Assembly: GCA_964606545.1 (NCBI GenBank) | Contig: CAZSHP010000001.1 | Span: forward strand, 3,148-67,147 | DNA from: an uncultured Sulfurovum sp. | Lineage (GTDB): Bacteria > Campylobacterota > Campylobacteria > Campylobacterales > Sulfurovaceae | Direction of reading: 5' to 3' | DNA length: 64,000 nucleotides | Part shown: one piece after another, positions 60,391 to 64,000 of the stretch | Layout: every line of letters begins with the position of its first letter | Position numbering within the stretch: position 1 is the stretch's first letter | Made by a program: the position numbers and the translations under genes | Notes under the pieces: model-generated | The model's database searches: none | What the model saw: only the letters and a program-made list of their open reading frames with translations | Told to the model about the DNA's origin: nothing

Positions 60391-62648
60391 TGGCTAAATG
60401 TAGTCCCCTCGTTGTATTCAATACCTGTATTAATCTCATTGAGGTTAATACTCTCTCTATTTTCTTGACCAATACTCTCTAGTATAGATTCACTTCTGAT
60501 AGTAGGAGATTCATCCTCTATCGTTGGTATAGTCTCATACTCTATGGTAGATGAATCAACTTCATTTTGAGCTGGAGTATAGTTTGATTCAACTATATCA
60601 TTATCTTTCCTTACTCTAAAAAAGCTTCTCGATTGACTAGAGAATGTTACATGTCTTCTATCCTCATCTATACCTAGTCTCCTCTTTTCTAGTTTATTTA
60701 ATACTATTTTATTAAATTGTTTTTGTATAGAGTCTAACTCATTGAGATTTTTACGCAATGTTGTTAAGTCGGAACTCTTTTTAATAATATATGGAGTTAG
60801 ATAGATAACAACATTTATCTTATTCTTCGCCTCTCCCTGAGAAGTAAATAGTCGTCCCAAAATAGGAATATCACCAAGTATAGGAATTCTAGTTGAGCTT
60901 TTACCTGTTGAAGTTTTAATAAGTCCACCTAAGATGATAGTCTCTCCATGATTAACAATAGCATTTGTCTTAACAGACCTCTTTGTAGTTGTTGGTCTAT
61001 CTGCCGATGCACCAGAACCAGGTAATACATCCTCTATGGTAGTCTCTACTTCAAGCGAAACTTTATTATTACTAGATAGTCTAGGTTTTACATTGAGTGT
61101 TATACCAATATCCTCTCTACTATAATTATTTAGAACATTAGAAGAGCCTTGAGTACTCTGCTGAGATTGTGTTATGATAGATTGAGTTTGACCAACATAT
61201 ATATTAGATGCTTTATTATTGGTACATAAAACAGAAGGCTCTGATAGTACCTGTGCTGCACCATTCTGCTTTAGTAGGTCTAGTTGTATTCCTGTAGAAA
61301 ACACCTCTTTGATCCCCTCATCAAATGCGAATTTACTGCTAGTCTCAGTACCTATAGCATTACCTGCATCATTATAAATAGTCTTGGTTCCTCCTTGGTT
61401 CATAAAACTCATCAACTCTCCTGATATAGCAAGAGGTGCAGCACCTGAACTAGCAAGTAGTGAAAAGACCCCTTTTGAAGTTATAGCACCACCCGAAAAT
61501 CCATATTTTACACCTATATTCTCTGCAAGATTAGTGTTTACCTCTACAATTTTAGCTTTTATATATACTTGTGATTTTTCTATATCAAGTAGCTTTACTG
61601 TCTCCCGAATATTCTCTATCTGAGCAGAGTTTGCTAGAACTATTAAAGCATTCCTCTCAATATCACTTGCAATGACAGCTTTTTTTACCTTTGCATTTGA
61701 GGATATAGGGGAGCGAGAAGAACCCTTTTTCTGAGTTATTGATAATTTTTTACCCTTTGCAATAGCATGAATAGAGCCTCCAGAAGATAGATTTCCCGTC
61801 ATTTGGGGTAGTATTTTACTTAAAATCTTCTCCATCTCTTCAACATTCGAATTCTCTAGTGGTATAACATACATTCGTTGAACATCTCTCTCTTCACCTT
61901 GAATATCAAGCTCTTTAATATAAGTAACTAATCTATTTAAATTCCGACTATTTCCAACCAAAATAATTGAGTTACTACTATCATCTTTCATTACAGATAC
62001 TTTTTCACTAACTATATCCTGTGCAAAAAGCTCTTTGGACATACTTTGAATATTTGGAAAGACATCTTTTACCAAAGCATTTTGAAGTGTTACTATTTTA
62101 CTCTTCTTTCTTTCACCCTTTTCAATCTTATCTATTAGCTCTTTGATAGATTTTAGAGAGTGTGGATATGCCGTAACTACCAATAGATTATTTTTTTTAA
62201 AGGAGTTTACCTTTGCACTTTTGTGAAGTAGTGGTTTTATTTTTGACCTTATTACAGCAGCATTTACACTACTAAGTTGAAAGATTACGGTCTCCATAAT
62301 CCCACTACCTCTACTTATATTATTTTTAACTGCTAATCCCTCTCCAGGAGCATCATTAATTTTTACAACTTGATAGTAATCACCTTTTGGTACAAGTGTC
62401 ATCTTTTTGGTTGATAAAATAGCATTTGCTAAAGGGATAAGTTGATTTTTTTCTATTGGTTCATTTGATTCAAAATTTATTTTTCCTTTTATATCACCAT
62501 CTATAAGTATGTTTTTTTTAGTAAGTTTTCCAACCATCTTTATAAAATCACTAATACTTAAATTTTTGAAATTTACATCAACCTTCTCTGCACTAATCTG
62601 CATCGTCAAAACAAGAAGGACTCCTATAACTATTTTACTTAATCTCAT
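60387..62648 (-). CDS. gspD: Type II secretion secretin
   Basis: N0 VDVNFKN, N-domains, QVYIKAKIVEV, GETIILGGLI, IPILGDIPILGRLF, YLTPYII. Confidence 0.92.
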   Translation of the reverse strand: MRLSKIVIGVLLVLTMQISAEKVDVNFKNLSISDFIKMVGKLTKKNILIDGDIKGKINFESNEPIEKNQLIPLANAILSTKKMTLVPKGDYYQVVKINDAPGEGLAVKNNISRGSGIMETVIFQLSSVNAAVIRSKIKPLLHKSAKVNSFKKNNLLVVTAYPHSLKSIKELIDKIEKGERKKSKIVTLQNALVKDVFPNIQSMSKELFAQDIVSEKVSVMKDDSSNSIILVGNSRNLNRLVTYIKELDIQGEERDVQRMYVIPLENSNVEEMEKILSKILPQMTGNLSSGGSIHAIAKGKKLSITQKKGSSRSPISSNAKVKKAVIASDIERNALIVLANSAQIENIRETVKLLDIEKSQVYIKAKIVEVNTNLAENIGVKYGFSGGAITSKGVFSLLASSGAAPLAISGELMSFMNQGGTKTIYNDAGNAIGTETSSKFAFDEGIKEVFSTGIQLDLLKQNGAAQVLSEPSVLCTNNKASNIYVGQTQSIITQSQQSTQGSSNVLNNYSREDIGITLNVKPRLSSNNKVSLEVETTIEDVLPGSGASADRPTTTKRSVKTNAIVNHGETIILGGLIKTSTGKSSTRIPILGDIPILGRLFTSQGEAKNKINVVIYLTPYIIKKSSDLTTLRKNLNELDSIQKQFNKIVLNKLEKRRLGIDEDRRHVTFSSQSRSFFRVRKDNDIVESNYTPAQNEVDSSTIEYETIPTIEDESPTIRSESILESIGQENRESINLNEINTGIEYNEGTTFSQ

Positions 62649-63486
62649 ACTCTAACTCCATATCCTGATTATTCCTTTTTATACTTAATGTTAAGTTCTC
62701 AATACTACCCATCTCTCCATAAAATGAATAGGCTGACTTATAACTATTTAACTCTTGTCCATTAACAGACTTGAGAATATCACCCCTCTTTAGACCTAAT
62801 TTTTCAAAATCACTACCTTTTTTTACAAAGTTTACCTTAAATCCTTGTAGCTGACCATTTACTTTATATTCACCTATACCAATATCTTTCCATACTTTGT
62901 TAATATCTTTTGTATAAGAGGTGAGTAGCCCTTTTGAGACAACCCTTCCTACACCATCTCTGTTTTCAACAATATCACTACTACTAGTTTTCTCTTTTTT
63001 ACTCTTAGATGATTTAGATACTCTAATAAAACTATCACCTTTTATTTTGGCATCTTCTATAATTAATTTGAACTCTTTACCATTTTTCTTGAAAATTGCA
63101 TAGTCTGGACCTGCAGAGGTTAATACAAACCCATCTATACTATTCTCTTTTTTATCACCCTTTGATAAAACATAGGTTTTTTTTGCTTTTTCTACAGTTA
63201 CAACCAACGCATCAGAGGCGTTATATAGTGCTATAAGCTTAATCCCCTTCATTGTACCAATTACAGGCTCTTTTTTTACAGTTTTTTTTACAACTACTTT
63301 TTTTGAGGGATTGGCTAATTTTACACGATAGTAAAGAGGCTTTGCTTTTGAAATCTCAATATGCTCTACACCACTCTTAGGGAGAAATAGTATACTAACT
63401 GTTAACCATATAATCTTGGCTATAACTCCCACTGTTAATAAAAATAGTAGTGTAGTAAAGAGCCTATTTTCCGAAAAACTTTTCAT
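62635..63486 (-). CDS. gspC: Type II secretion protein C (PDZ domain)
   Basis: N-terminal TM, HR domain, GFKV..VKKGSDFEKLGLKRGDILKSVNG PDZ; upstream of gspD. Confidence 0.8.
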   Translation of the reverse strand: MKSFSENRLFTTLLFLLTVGVIAKIIWLTVSILFLPKSGVEHIEISKAKPLYYRVKLANPSKKVVVKKTVKKEPVIGTMKGIKLIALYNASDALVVTVEKAKKTYVLSKGDKKENSIDGFVLTSAGPDYAIFKKNGKEFKLIIEDAKIKGDSFIRVSKSSKSKKEKTSSSDIVENRDGVGRVVSKGLLTSYTKDINKVWKDIGIGEYKVNGQLQGFKVNFVKKGSDFEKLGLKRGDILKSVNGQELNSYKSAYSFYGEMGSIENLTLSIKRNNQDMELEYEIK

Positions 63487-63985
63487 AATAGAAGCCCTCC
63501 TTATCTTTCTTTAGAAATTTTCTAAATGAACTAATATTCTTTTTCTCATTTAATCTAAAAAATAGTTTGTTTTTTCCTATATAGTAACCACCAATGGTTG
63601 AACCAAACGAGCCATTTCCATCAACAGCAACTTTATATGGTTTGAGTATACTAAAAGTAGCTGTCACTCTATCTATTGATTTTGGTACAAATTTATGCAC
63701 ACCTTTATCTGTCTCTATACCCTCTATAGAGAGTTGATTGTATAGGAAAAATATATTCAATTTAAGTGATTTCACTTTTGCCATATTGATTCCTTTGACA
63801 AATATATCTGCATCATTAATCGTTAGCCCAAATAGAGTATCTGAAAACTTCTCATTACTAATTACTATACCCTCTTTCTCCAACTTCTTCTCTAAAAGAT
63901 AATATATCTCCTGCTTGGGTGAGAAGAGTACAAGAAAAAGAAGTAGTAGAAAAAAACCACCTATGCTCTTTTTTACCATCTGCAT
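63464..63985 (-). CDS. Hypothetical T2SS-operon protein (GspN-like position)
   Basis: N-terminal TM then FSPKQEIYY; beta-rich; overlaps gspC start. Confidence 0.55.
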   Translation of the reverse strand: MQMVKKSIGGFFLLLLFLVLFSPKQEIYYLLEKKLEKEGIVISNEKFSDTLFGLTINDADIFVKGINMAKVKSLKLNIFFLYNQLSIEGIETDKGVHKFVPKSIDRVTATFSILKPYKVAVDGNGSFGSTIGGYYIGKNKLFFRLNEKKNISSFRKFLKKDKEGFYYEKFFGK

Positions 63986-64000
63986 ATTAACTCCATTTTA

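Overview
AT-rich bacterial chromosomal segment. The gene content and protein styles point to Campylobacterota, probably Sulfurovum/Sulfurimonas-like; this assignment is inferred. Housekeeping genes are trxA-trxB, dapB, purF, ribE, serS, gltBD, prfB (no frameshift), bioB, aas and dapF. They are interspersed with surface and glycan genes: GT2/GT4, ATP-grasp, Wzx, CapA, methyltransferases and MBOAT/SGNH. Other loci are a DUF1800/DUF1501-like pair, two DUF3373-like outer-membrane proteins beside two cytochrome-c-like proteins lacking CxxCH, an OmpA + Asp-rich repeat lipoprotein operon, and part of a type II secretion operon with a translationally coupled short exosortase/archaeosortase-family gene. 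Non-coding signals read directly from the sequence are a candidate anti-Shine-Dalgarno sRNA between trxB and dapB, a promoter motif it shares with the cytochrome-like genes, a well-positioned Crp/Fnr-type box, two GTAG-type REP doublets, an unannotated gene remnant, and apparent GATC avoidance. I found no tRNA, rRNA, CRISPR array or transposase. Family assignments come from motif recognition only; no searches were run.
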